Origin: Macrostomum lignano
Taxonomy: Eukaryota
DNA length: 64,000 nt
Assembly (NCBI GenBank): GCA_002269645.1
Contig: NIVC01003375.1
Span: forward strand, 37,132 to 101,131
Direction: 5' to 3'
Translations under genes and position numbers: made by a program
The notes under the pieces: model-generated
Databases searched by the model: none
Told to the model about the DNA's origin: nothing
Seen by the model: the letters and a program-made list of their open reading frames with translations, nothing else
In this document: in pieces, positions 34,900-47,715 of the stretch
Layout of the letters: the number at the start of each line of letters is the position of its first letter
How positions within the stretch are numbered: position 1 is the stretch's first letter

Positions 34900-36422
34900 C
34901 TCTCGATGGTCAAGGCAAGTGCAGCGCAGTCGTGCATCCATGGACTGTGGAGGCGTGGCTAGCGCAGCTTCCAGCGGTCGACTGGGCGGCAGGGCGCTCG
35001 CAGTCAGGGGTGCTCTGGTCAAAGGATGTCATCTCATCAGCAGCTCATTGCAGCTGCACCACAAAAGTCCTGCTGCTTATCGGCTGCCTGTTACGAAACC
35101 ACTGAGGATTGGCTCCATCGGATACATCCCTGGACCTTGAAGTGGCGCATTCGCCAGTTTTTTTCATCTGTTGGGCCGTTCTGAATGCTGCCTCTGAACA
35201 AGGGCGACTGGCGACCCTGTTCTTCGACAGCACGCTGCGAGTTTCACAAACAGATGAGCTGATTAAGATGAGAAATCTTTCTATTTTGCTTCACGAATAT
35301 GGATTATGGAGTATATGATATAGCTCGTATTTGCTAAATATACAATAGTAGACTGCAATAATATAGCCTTCTATGCAATCTAAAGCATTCACAATGTTGC
35401 TTTGAATTGTGGAAAGTATAATTATAAGTTTCTTTTTGCAAAAAATCAATACAATTGCTGCATTGCATTCATCTGTTTTTTTATTTTAAAAAAATATAAA
35501 TAACGCTAAAATGTTTTTACTACTACTAAGCAGAAAGTAGAGTAAACTGTCGTGTTGTGAGGATTGGCTGGAGTGGCCTATCTAGTGTTTATAGTATCTG
35601 TGCATTTACCAACTTTGTGTTTGTGAATTGTTGCTGATTAAAATACAAATGATCTTACTTGTATTCTTGTGCTTGCAGCCTGCTGTTTAACTAAATAAGT
35701 AACTTTTTTATTTGTTTTTTTGATAGTGTACTTTTTTTAAAATACAAGGATAGCGATATTGATTAGCTTTTCGCATGACAAATTGATCGCATTCAGCTAC
35801 ATGTACGAGTAGTTATAATACACTATTAAACATGCGATAATTTATGGTTTATCCAACCCTTCAATAATATAGCTCTTGACTAAAAACTTGAAAATTGTAG
35901 TGCCCATCATTGGCTGATTTCTGTTTCAGTTAAAGTTGTAAATTTTAGTGCTGTTCTATACTACATATAGTCCAATTACACAATCTAAAAATTATCAAAT
36001 TAATTAATGTAAAATTGTCACCAAAAACGTGTACTGTTCTACTAATTACATACCCTATTAAATGGTTCGAAGCTAGTTCATCTAAAAGATCGGCTACAAT
36101 AAATCGATCAAAAGTGGCTTCAATGCTACCTGGCTATGGTACATAAATTCAATACAACTGTCGTAGTCCTTAATTCTTGCGATCCTTAACTTGTCTAAAC
36201 AAGATGGTCGGGAACCTCAATATAACGTAATTTGCACAAACAATGAGTAAAACAAACTTGGTGTGAAGACTTATTTTACTAATTGTTTGGGCTAAATATA
36301 AAACAAACTTAAAAAGAATTAGCCTGTGAAGGTGCTATTTTAATTTGTTTAAAGCGATAAAATTATACCATATCTACTTTAGATTAAAACCTTGTCACGT
36401 TCCAAGAAGTACTATCGAATAA

Positions 36423-39400
36423 CGTATTCATTTCCCGATTGACATTCAGATTCACATTCAAATTTTAACAAAGCCGCTGTAACTTTTCTTTACTTGAACG
36501 AAACGCTTTAAAATTTTACAAAAACTTTGACGCAATCAAGAAAAAAAACTACGTAAAATATCTCGGCATTTAAAAATAGACTGTACAAATTATTCACATA
36601 TAAAGTTTGTTCCTATCTCCTTAGTGTATTATTATGCAACTCAACAAAACGGCTTAAAATACACGCAGAGCTACGAAACTTTATTTTTCTCTTGACGCAT
36701 GCGAGATGCGTTGGCAAGTCAAAAATCAGCACCCTAGCTTAAAGCCTGTACGAGTTATTCACCTGCAAACTGTGTTCCTATCTCCGTAGTGTATTTTGGG
36801 GGTCCAGCTTGACATTCGCTGACAGACACTTCTACTCAACGCAGAGCTACGAAACTTTATTTTTCTCTTGACGCATGCGAGATGCGTTGGCAAGTCAAAA
36901 ATCAGCACCCTAGCTTAAAGCCTGTACGAGTTATTCACCTGCAAACTGTGTTCCTATCTCCGTAGTGTATTTTGGGGGTCCAGCTTGACATTCGCTGACA
37001 GACACTTCTACTCAACGCAGAGCTACGAAACATTATTTTTCTCTTGACGCACGCGAGATGCGTTGGCAAGTCAAAAATCAGCACCCTAGCTTAAAGCCTG
37101 TACGAGTTATTCACCTGCAAACTGTGTTCCTATCTCCGTAGTGTATTTTGGGGGTCCAGCTTGACATTCGCTGACAGACACTTCTACTCAACGCAGAGCT
37201 ACGAAACATTATTTTTCTCTTGACGCATGCGAGATGCGTTGGCAAGTCAAAAATCAGCACCCTAGCTTAAAGCCTGTACGAGTTATTCACCTGCAAACTG
37301 TGTTCCTATCTCCGTAGTGTATTTTAGGGGTCCAGCTTGACATTCGCTGACAGACACTTCTACTAAACGCAGAGCTACGAAACTTTATTTTTCTCTTGAC
37401 GCATGCGAGATGCGTTGGCAAGTCAAAAATCAGCACCCTAGCTTAAAGCCTGTACGAGTTATTCACCTGCAAACTGTGTTCCTATCTCCGTAGTGTATTT
37501 TGGGGGTCCAGCTTGACATTCGCTGACAGACACGTCTACTCAACGCAGAGCTACGAAACATTATTTTTCTCTTGACGCACGCGAGATGCGTTGGCAAGTC
37601 AAAAATCAGCACCCTAGCTTAAAGCCTGTACGAGTTATTCACCTGCAAACTGTGTTCCTATCTCCGTAGTGTATTTTAGGGGTCCAGCTTGACATTCGCT
37701 GACAGACACTTCTACTCAACGCAGAGCTACGAAACTTTATTTTTCTCTTGACGCACGCGAGATGCGTTGGCAAGTCAAAAATCAGCACCCTAGCTTAAAG
37801 CCTGTACGAGTTATTCACCTGCAAACTGTGTTCCTATCTCCGTAGTGTATTTTGGGGGTCCAGCTTGACATTCGCTGACAGACACTTCTACTCAACGCAG
37901 AGCTACGAAACATTATTTTTCTCTTGACGCACGCGAGATGCGTTGGCAAGTCAAAAATCAGCACCCTAGCTTAAAGCCTGTACGAGTTATTCACCTGCAA
38001 ACTGTGTTCCTATCTCCGTAGTGTATTTTGGGGGTCCAGCTTGACATTCGCTGACAGACACTTCTACTCAACGCAGAGCTACGAAACTTTATTTTTCTCT
38101 TGACGCATGCGAGATGCGTTGGCAAGTCAAAAATCAGCACCCTAGCTTAAAGCCTGTACGAGTTATTCACCTGCAAACTGTGTTCCTATCTCCGTAGTGT
38201 ATTTTAGGGGTCCAGCTTGACATTCGCTGACAGACACTTCTACTAAACGCAGAGCTACGAAACTTTATTTTTCTCTTGACGCATGCGAGATGCGTTGGCA
38301 AGTCAAAAATCAGCACCCTAGCTTAAAGCCTGTACGAGTTATTCACCTGCAAACTGTGTTCCTATCTCCGTAGTGTATTTTGGGGGTCCAGCTTGACATT
38401 CGCTGACAGACACTTCTACTCAACGCAGAGCTACGAAACATTATTTTTCTCTTGACGCACGCGAGATGCGTTGGCAAGTCAAAAATCAGCACCCTAGCTT
38501 AAAGCCTGTACGAGTTATTCACCTGCAAACTGTGTTCCTATCTCCGTAGTGTATTTTGGGGGTCCAGCTTGACATTCGCTGACAGACACTTCTACTCAAC
38601 GCAGAGCTACGAAACATTATTTTTCTCTTGACGCACGCGAGATGCGTTGGCAAGTCAAAAATCAGCACCCTAGCTTAAAGCCTGTACGAGTTATTCACCT
38701 GCAAACTGTGTTCCTATCTCCGTAGTGTATTTTGGGGGTCCAGCTTGACATTCGCTGACAGACACTTCTACTCAACGCAGAGCTACGAAACATTATTTTT
38801 CTCTTGACGCACGCGAGATGCGTTGGCAAGTCAAAAATCAGCACCCTAGCTTAAAGCCTGTATGAGTTATTCCAGTATTAGAGACTGTACGAGATTACAG
38901 TATTTACGCTTTCCGCCTCTGTAGTCTGGACAGTTACTAAGATTCAGGGAATTCATCTAATGGGAAACATACGACGGGATAGAAAGTTCACAAATTCGGC
39001 TCTGGTCATATAGCTGGGTCACCCACCTGAGCCTTAAAAATAATTTCTGTACGGAGTACGGACCCCCTGCCACACATCCCTTAATGAGCACGCATCGCAT
39101 CATTTTTACGCTGCTTTAGTGGGGTCCTCATGATCGGGAGTTGTTTGAGCCATCTGGTGAGGCTTTAAGCTAGGGTGCTGATTTTTGACTTGCCAACGCA
39201 TCTCGCGTGCGTCAAGAGAAAAATAAAGTTTCGTAGCTCTGCGTTGAGTAGAAGTGTCTGTCAGCGAATGTCAAGCTGGACCCCCAAAATACACTACAGA
39301 GATAGGAACACAGTTTGCAGGTGAATAACTCGTACAGGCTTTAAGCTAGGGTGCTGATTTTTGACTTGCCAACGCCTCTCGCGTGCGTCAAGAGAAAAAT

Positions 39401-39833
39401 AGTTTCGTAGCTCTGCGTTGAGTAAAAGTGTCTGTCAGCGAATGTCAAGCTGGACCCCTAAAATACACTACGGAGATAGGAACACAGTTTGCAGGTGAAT
39501 AACTCGTACAGGCTTTAAGCTAGGGTGCTGATTTTTGACTTGCCAACGCATCTCGCGTGCGTCAAGAGAAAAATAAAGTTTCGTAGCTCTGCGTGTATTT
39601 TAAGCCGTTTTGTTGAGTTGCATAATAATACACTAAGGAGATAGGAACAAACTTTATATGTGAATAATTTGTACAGTCTATTTTTAAATGCTGAGATATT
39701 TTACGTAGTTTTTTTCTTGATTGCGTCAAAGTTTTTGTAAAATTTTAAAGCGTTTCGTTCAAGTAAAGAAAAGTTACAGCGGCTTTGTTAAAATTTGAAT
39801 GTGAATCTGAATGTCAATCGGGAAATGAATACG
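36423..39833. mobile_element. Foldback-like element with long inverted arms made partly of a 176-bp tandem repeat
   Basis: Left end CGTATTCATTTCCCGATTGACATTC (36423) is the reverse complement of the right end (..GAATGTCAATCGGGAAATGAATACG, 39833). ~240 bp unique terminal arm, then 176-bp units (12.5 left, ~2.5 inverted right at 39160-39595), ~290-bp unique spacer 38872-39159. No TSD or ORF found. Confidence 0.75.
36665..38871 (+). repeat. 176-bp tandem array, 12 full units + 1 partial
   Basis: GCAGAGCTACGAAAC recurs at 36665, 36841, 37017 ... 38777 with an exact 176-bp period and only scattered point variants. Confidence 0.97.
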
Positions 39834-40942
39834 ACTATGGAAAATTACTGCAAACAAAATTACTTGAAAGTAAACGCAAGCAAAACAAAGTTTATGCAGG
39901 GCAATACCAGACAAAAAATGACACAGAAAGCATTGCTACAAAAATATACTACGACAATCAAGAAATAGAAGAAGTAAATGAATTTAAATACCTGGGAATT
40001 ATTTTTGAACCAAAAAACAGCTTTAAAAAATGTATTGAACACCAAACTAAGCAGGGATATACAGCCATGTTTTCCCTACTCCATAGGGTAAAGAATACGT
40101 CCCTAGACATCACACTCATTCGCAGACTATTCAACGCGCTTGTTACCCCCGTTATCACTTACGGTTGTGAGCTCTGGGGCCCTCTGGCTACCATGTCTGA
40201 TACAAAAGCTATTGATAATATTCAGCTGAAATTCTACAAATATCTCCTCAATCTACCAAAATTTGCTAGCAACAGTGTGATATCATCAGAACTTGAGCTT
40301 ACTCCAATCTCTCAACGAATCGCTAAAACCTACCTCATCTACTGGCTGAAGATTAGACACAAAAAACTCTGCCAAACGACTCTAGAAATTTTCTACTCAA
40401 GCACCGGCCAAAAAAATCCATGGAAAATGAATGTACTAAAGAAACTAGAAAGTATAGACCTAAAAGCACTAACTGAAGATAAACTTTCCCAAAGCTTTAA
40501 TAACGAGAAATACCTAGTGAAAAAGCACCTCAAGATACACAGAGAAAGAGAACTTAGTCAAAAGCTAGAGAATCAGCAACATATTAAAATATACAAAAAC
40601 GCCTATCTCTACAAAAAAATCTGCAGGCCCGACCTTTCAGATTACTTTCCATGTACATTTAGAAACAAAAAATTCTTAACAACCCTCCTAAAACTGAAAT
40701 GCGAGATTACACCCAACTTTTTTTCTCAAGAACCATGTAAAATATGTGGAGCGCGAAATGGTTCTGACATTCTACACTACTTGACCGAATGCCCACAAAC
40801 TGAAGAGATCAGGAAAAAATACTTCTGTCAATACCTCTTAAATAGCAATCAAATACACAAGATAGGATATGCTACAAATGAAAAAAGAGTCAGAAAAGAA
40901 CTCACTGGTGTAGCTAAAATATATGAAGTCATGAATAGCTAA
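39834..40942 (+). mobile_element. 5'-truncated non-LTR retrotransposon (LINE): RT C-terminal part + CCHC-type region
   Basis: YCKQNYLKVNASKTKFM (~39840-39895, a different frame from the listed ORF), then EFKYLGIIF, LFNALVTPVITYGCELWG, CKICG..DILHYLTECP. One frameshift at ~39895-39950. 5' end abuts the foldback arm. Confidence 0.85.
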
Positions 40943-40973
40943 AACAGTTAAACAAACTGAATCAGATACATTA

Positions 40974-42278
40974 CGAGGGGCACTAGATAAGTTTTTAGCT
41001 GCGGTCAAACCGTTTATTCAAATTAGGCCATATTTTCTGAGCATATTGAATAAGAAGTTTTATCATGGTCCCCAAAGTTTCATGCACCTAATTGTCACCA
41101 TTCTCTCACTGTCGCATTTTATCTCAACAAGGTCTGTGACTCTTTCAGCACTGTAATGGAGCTCAATCGTGAACACTTTCGTGCCATGATTTTCTACGAT
41201 TTTAAGAGCGGCTTGACATTTCACCAGTGCCACGAGCGGCTGTCTGCTGCCTTTCCTAACCTTGCGCCATCCATCGCCACCGTCACCGCCTGGTTCCGGG
41301 AGTTCAAGCGTGGCCGAGACAGCTTGGAAGACGAAGGTCGAACCGGCCGACCTGTTTCAGTGACGACACCTGAAACTATCGACCGCGTGCGGCGCATGAT
41401 TGAGGCTGATCGGCGAGTGACGTATCAAACGATTGAGGCATGTCTTGGAATCTCATCGCCGACAGTCGCTTCTATCCTTCGTGATCACCTCGCTGTCCGC
41501 AAGCTGACCAGTCGCTGGGTGCCGCATTTGCTCACCACCGAGCAGAAGCAGGCCCGCATGAGCTGGTGCCAGGAAATGCTGGACAGGTTTGGCGGAGGGA
41601 CGTCGAAGTGTGTCACAGACATTGTCACATGTGACGAAACGTGGGTGTATTGCTACGAACCCGAGCGGAAATGCCAGTCGCGTGTGTGGGCTTTTGAAGA
41701 TGAAGCCCCGCCGACCAAGGTTGTCAGGGGTCGGAGCACTGGCAAGCAAATGGTGGCAACTTTCTTCCGAAAGACTGGCCACATTGCGACTGTAGCACTC
41801 GAGAGCCAGCGCACAGTGACTGCAGATTGGTACTGCACCGTCTGCCTGCCGCGTGTCATCAGCAGCCTTAAAGAGGCGCGGCCAAAGTGCGGCGTTCGAG
41901 GTCTCTGGCTGCACCAGGACAACGCCAGTGCGCACACGGCGAATCGAACTCGAGAGTTTCTACAGACGGTGGGCTTCCAGCAGCTCAGTCATCCACCATA
42001 TTCACCTGACCTGGCACCGTGTGACTTTTTTTATTTCCATTCATCAAGAATTCCATGCGAGGGTGCCGATTTTCCTCCGCCGAAGAGGCTGTTGATGCCT
42101 ATAGATCGGCCGTTGAGGGGGTATCCCACTCAGAGTGGCGCCACTGCTTTGAAACTTGGTTTGAGCGGATGAGGCGGTGCATCCAAGCTGATGGAGAGTA
42201 CTTTGAAAAGCTCTGAAAGTTTCATCTTTATAACTGTTACATGCCGACCGCAGCTAGAAACTTATCTAGTGCCCCTCG
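40974..42278 (+). mobile_element. Mariner (Tc1/mariner, D,D34D) transposon, 1305 bp
   Basis: TA TSD at 40972-73 and 42279-80. 33-bp TIR CGAGGGGCACTAGATAAGTTT(T/C)TAGCTGCGGTC with one mismatch. Transposase from 41156: WVPHLL, TCDETW, HQDNA, YSPDLAPCD with exactly 34 residues between D2 and D3. One T missing in the run at 42026-42032; corrected ORF ends ..DGEYFEKL TGA at 42216. Confidence 0.97.
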
Positions 42279-43591
42279 TAGCAGTGTAACAAATCCGCTT
42301 TTCAGTTGTTTATTCATTTACTGTTTTTTTATTCCCTATTTAAATCGTCGTTATTCGTAAAGTTCTTTCGAAGTTTTGTTTATGTTCGTTTTTCACGCTT
42401 TGATATATCACGCGCTTTCAAAAATACTACATCTTTTTTACAAACTCGCTTACCAAAGTAATCTCGCAATTAAAGCTATACCTCGTAATTTGTACTCATT
42501 TTTGTATTAATATTTATACTCGTTATTAGTTGTTAGTCGTCACTTTTCGTCCAAAAATACCGTAAAAATTCTGGCGCGCTTTCAAATACTTTATCTTCTA
42601 CAATAACTCGGCAAATCGTCTTTATAAACTTCTATTTCGAAAATTTTTCCAAATACATAGCTCTATAATATATTGGCCAAACAGGCTAATTGCCTGAGCC
42701 AAATTCTCTTACTACTCTTACTACGTTATCGAATACGCATTCTGATTAAGTCCTGTTACCACGGCACAACTGTTTGAAGAAATGCAAAAATCAGTAATTT
42801 CCTGTTTGAATAGATGATTGGTATGCATCTACCAATAGATGATATTGGTAGATGCATACCAATATCAATTTTTTTAGCGGCAATGATAAGTGACCTCTAT
42901 TGTGGTTGCAACAATAAAGGACGTTTTTTAGTAGTTGCAGATGTGCAAAACAAACAAATATATATAGAAAAACTTGCAACTTGTTATTGTTATGTTTAAA
43001 ATGCACTACAAAAAACTAAGCCTTCGACTATTTTAGCATGCAAATATACTGTTTCTTTTTGACATATAAATTATAAAAATTACTTGTCATTGACTCATTT
43101 GCAATAAAAATAAGTACAAATTCATTTCTTTACAATGCTGTCTTTTCATAAACTTTTGTCTTAATAAGACATGCCCCACTATCACGCCATGCCACATTCT
43201 ATGCTATTAAATCTGCTATTTCATGCCATAGCATGCCAATACACTACCTTTGGCATGTAATAACCAAATACATACCCATGTATGCCACAATTTTTAGGTC
43301 AAACCAAATGTATGCCAGCAGGGTTTTTTTTTGTGCGCAGAGTGTGCGTATGCACCCTAAATTTTAAAATCGCACCCTGAAATTAAAAAAGTAGGTGCGG
43401 TTTAGGTGCGGTCTTATAACCATTTTTCTTTAAAGGCTTAACCATGCTTAAGCTATTTTTTATGCACTGCCTTAAAATATGAAACAAAATAACTCTTTAA
43501 ATCCTATTAAGTCATATAGGCGATATAGCCTATAGCTATAGCCTTATGTAAGATATTAAAATATACATTCCCAGTTGTCTGAAATGTGAGC

Positions 43592-46078
43592 AATGTGAGG
43601 GTTTCACGAGAGATATTCAGACAAAGGCTCCCTAAAACACGCCCCGCACCGGGCCCCGAACTGCTACACATTATAACATTTTTTGTCAATGCAGTATTTG
43701 ATTGCAAGGAAAAGTTAAAATAGTAATGGAATAAATATCTTTATTTATTTTTTTAAATATTTTTATTTTTTATATTCTCGTTTTCATTATTTAATTATAA
43801 TATTATTATTTTATTAATATTATTATTAATATCACTTATTGTTCACCGAATTTTATATTTCAAAGTAAAAAAACTAAATTTAATAAAAACTTGAAGCTTA
43901 ACAGAAAATGCATTCTGAAGTGTCTTTAGTTATAGTCCAATTTGTTTTAATGTGTAGCGCTGCAGGGCGGTGCGGGGCGTGTTTTAGGGAGACCCATTCA
44001 GACAGACATTCAAAATGATTGTCTGTAACTTCAAACAAAATTGACCCGCTTCAACCATCTTTTTGGCAAATACTTACGCAAGTGTTGGGCGTCGAATAAG
44101 CTTTAATTTATTAACTGAAGTAAAAATCCTTCTGACATACATTGATTTAAAAATTGCTTAGCAACACTAGCTCTGATTAGAAATCACTTTACTGTTGACT
44201 AAAATTGTTTTGATCGTAGCAGCCTAAAAGCAGATACTGGATTTAAAAATGCTTCGATTTACTCTATACGCATGTCTCAGCTTTAAAATGACACCTCAGG
44301 TGTCGCAAAAGACAGCTTTGATGCTGAGATATTCGACACTAAACATGCATTGCTTTGCGCAATCTCACATTCAGAAATTTCACTGATTTTTTGTCGATAT
44401 TTGTGCAGTTGCCATGTCCTTGTTTTTCATCAGAATCTTGTCAAATTCTAGTCATGTCTATACGCATGTCTCAGCTTTAAAATGACACCTCAGGCATTGC
44501 AAAGGACAGCTTTGATGCTGAGATATTCGACACTAAACGTTGCTTTGCTCAAACTCACATTCGGAAACTTCACTGATTTTTATTCAATATTTGTTCAGAT
44601 GCTTGTCTACTTCTCCATTTATTAACCATCGCATGGAGCCTTGCTAACGTACAAGTGTATGTAGTTACAGTAAATGGGGTTTTTGTGACTCACTTAAACT
44701 TGTTTACGCATTCTGCAGCTATTCGCCGCCTTTCATTGGAGTGATTCATGGAGTCCAGTTGATAAATTTCCACAAATTGGACTGCTTCTACGTCAGATCT
44801 CAACATTTGGAACCGTCCTTGAACTATTTCAGAGTTAAGTGAGCTAATGGCATCAAATGGAAGGCTAGTGCTCGTACTTGTAAGCGAAGCAGGTTCACAA
44901 TTGAAATGGTTGTATTCATGGCCATGGGATCTAAACTGATCTGTTTTACTTTCACGATCGCTTTGGTCTCAGAAGGAGCAGCAGTTGATGGACTGAGGTG
45001 AGAAGAAGATGTGTCACGACTTGAGCTGTTTTTAGAAAATATCTTTATCCAATTAAATATTTTCATGCGGCTCCTTAGGTTGTTCCGAATTCCGAGTCTA
45101 GAAGTCAAGACAGAAAAAAAGTTAAGAACTGCTACTGTAGTCCGTAGGGATTGGAAAGCTTAGCAGTACATTAGAAATCGCCAGTTCAATCTAAAAAGTT
45201 TGAAGTACATATAGCTATTGGGTTGCAACAACAGTAGAAAAAATTCTTCTTTTTTATTTTATTCCCACCGCTTACCTCATTCCGATTTGGATAGCAGAAT
45301 TGCCACGCAAAAAAGTAAAAACATAACAATAAACTATTTGCTTCATATTAATTGCCACTGACTGTTAATAAACGCGACGTCAATTTCTCTCAATAACAGT
45401 TGGAACATGTTTCTCGTACACTCGTATATTTATTTGAACCACAAAGCAGTGAAAAAGTCATGATTGGTTGCCATATGTACAAATGTACACTCACAGACTC
45501 ACTGACTCAGGTACAATCTATGCAATATAAAGGCAGGAATCATTAAAAATCAAATACTTAAGACAGTTTAAGAGAAGTCCAGGTTTAAACTGGACATGAC
45601 TAGAATTTGACAAGTTTCTGATGAAAAACAAGGACACGGCAACTGCACAAATATCGACAAAAAATCAGTGAAATTTCTGAATGTGAGATTGCGCAAAGCA
45701 ATGCATGTTTAGTGTCGAATATCTCAGCATCAAAGCTGTCTTTTGCGACGCCTGAGGTGTCATTTTAAAGCTGAGACATGCGTATAGAGTAAATCGAAGC
45801 ATTTTTAAATCCAGTATCTGCTTTTAGGCTGCTACAATCAAAACAATTTTAGTCAACACTAAAGCGATTTCTAATCAGAGCTAGTGTTGCTAAGCAATTT
45901 TTAAATCAATGTATGTCAGAAGGATTTTTACTTCAGTTAATAAATTAAAGCTTATTCGACGCCCAACACTTGCGTAAGTATTTGCCAAAAAGATGGTTGA
46001 AGCGGGTCAATTTTGTTTAAAGTTACAGACGATCGTTTCGAATGTCTGTCTGAATATCTCTCGTGAAACCCTCACATT
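43592..46078. mobile_element. Long-TIR (foldback-like) element, ~490-bp inverted arms
   Basis: AATGTGAGGGTTTCACGAGAGATATTCAGAC + 43996-44459 is the near-perfect reverse complement of 45592-46078; part of the arm is duplicated directly at ~44455-44590. No TSD identified. Confidence 0.75.
43624..43995. mobile_element. Mutator-type MITE, 372 bp, inserted in the left arm above
   Basis: TIR CTCCCTAAAACACGCCCCGCACC / GGTGCGGGGCGTGTTTTAGGGAG; 9-bp TSD ATTCAGACA at 43615-43623 and 43996-44004. Confidence 0.8.
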
Positions 46079-46631
46079 CTAAACAAGACTCAAGAGAAAT
46101 TGCACTCTGAGCCTTAAAATCGCACCTTGAAATTTGGCACAAGGTGCGATTTCGCACCTTATCTCTGGCGAAAAAAAAAACCCAGTATGCCAGAATTTTC
46201 TAGCATGATATATGCCTTCCAATGTATAGCAACAGCAATAATTAGTAACTCTTTAACCCTAACCTTGGTCTTAGGGCTTATGCTTTAGTTTCTGTCTTAT
46301 TATTGGGCCTGGCCTAGGCCTAGGCCTATCTTTAATTGTTTTTCTAAGATATTAGGCCTATGGCTATATATTTATAGGCCATAGGCCATAGGCCATAGGA
46401 GCCATAGGACCATTGTTTGGATCATGCTAGATGCACATTTGAATGAAAATTGAATTGTTATAAATGCATGCCAAAAAATAAGTGCATACCCATACTCTCA
46501 AATCTAAGCTAGGCCCTTAGTATTGTAACAATGAATGCTGTTTTGCATTACAATAGTAAATGACCTTTTTCATTGTGTAAAATACCTTTTGGTAAATAAT
46601 TTGGTTGACTTTATATCTTTCTTATATATAC

Positions 46632-47030
46632 TAGAGGTCGGACGGGATCCCGATCCCGATCCCGAAATCTCGGGATCCCGAGGAAAATTGAATTCCCGCG
46701 GGACCAGAATCCCGACCCTAAAAAAGTCGAGATTCGGGAACAGGTCTTTCGATTAATAATTTATAGAATTAGTGATTACTTAAAGGTATTTTGCTTCAAC
46801 TTGTACGCGTTACATTATTTACTTTGTTGGTTACAAAACTTCATATCAATTTCGTTGTGTTTTACTTCTTGATCTTGACAATCTTTTCTCAATTTTGTTT
46901 AACTTTACATGGACAATACACTAAAAGACCTGATCCCGATTCCCGAATCCCGATCCCGATCCCGATCCCGAGAAAAAAATTATTCCCGATCCCGATCCCG
47001 CCCGAAGATTTCAATCCCGTCCGACCTCTA
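46632..47030. mobile_element. hAT-type MITE, 399 bp, inserted in a MITE-family copy at ~46415-47315
   Basis: Perfect 17-bp TIR TAGAGGTCGGACGGGAT; 8-bp TSD ATATATAC at 46624-46631 and 47031-47038; subterminal (ATCCCG)n. Confidence 0.92.
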
Positions 47031-47715
47031 ATATATACACTATTTATAATAGAAAATATATTTAAACATTTGTTTAAATGCTTAATTATGAGTTTAAAAC
47101 TGAATAGCTTGAAATTTATACTTAAAAATGAACTTTTCAACTGTTTTTCTACTTAATACTAATTTTTGCACATGATTCTATGAAGTGCATACCAGGTATA
47201 CACATACATCATTTTCTTAGGAGTCATGTATACCAACTATACATGTCTACCTTTTGGCATTCAAGGCCAATAGATGCTTGAATTTTTGGATATATATTAC
47301 ATGATTCAGAGTGTGGGTTCAGGGCCATGCTAGCTTAAAGCTTGTAGTAGTCAATGTATTGCTTTTTTAATTATAATGATTATAATATTAGGCCCTAGAC
47401 CCTACTGATATTTAAAAAAATATAAAACAATTTAAATAACATCTAGAGTCCAACCCAAATATAAGATCAAAAATAAAATTGATATCATGACATAAAATTA
47501 TATAAAAGTCATATTTGCAATAAAGTGTATTAGATGATATAGAGTATAATATGCTCAGAACAACATAGCAAACTTATTTCTATATACATGTATAAAGATG
47601 GCTATTTATTTATTGTGATTTCAGTCCAACATAAAAGGTACAGAAGATGCATGGTTCATTTCTGCCCTATTATATACTCTGCTAGTAGACCTATACCAAT
47701 CAAATTGTGTGCACT

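Larger units (their letters stand above)
43319..46185. mobile_element. Non-autonomous hAT-type element hosting nested insertions
   Basis: Ends CAGGGTTTTTTTT / AAAAAAAAAACCCAG; 8-bp TSD TATGCCAG at 43311-43318 and 46186-46193; subterminal GCACC/GGTGC motifs at both ends. Confidence 0.8.

Noticed and set aside
35103-35105. In-frame TGA as selenocysteine
   Set aside because: No SECIS-like structure or selenoprotein motif seen.
36665-38871. CRISPR-like look of a regular array with palindromic units
   Set aside because: Whole 176-bp units are near-identical, there are no unique spacers or cas genes, and the context is eukaryotic.
39170-39200. Sm-site-like GATTTTTGA in the 176-bp unit (tandem snRNA or SL RNA array?)
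   Set aside because: No similarity I can recognise to U1/U2/U4/U5, SL RNA or 5S; the motif is short enough to occur by chance.
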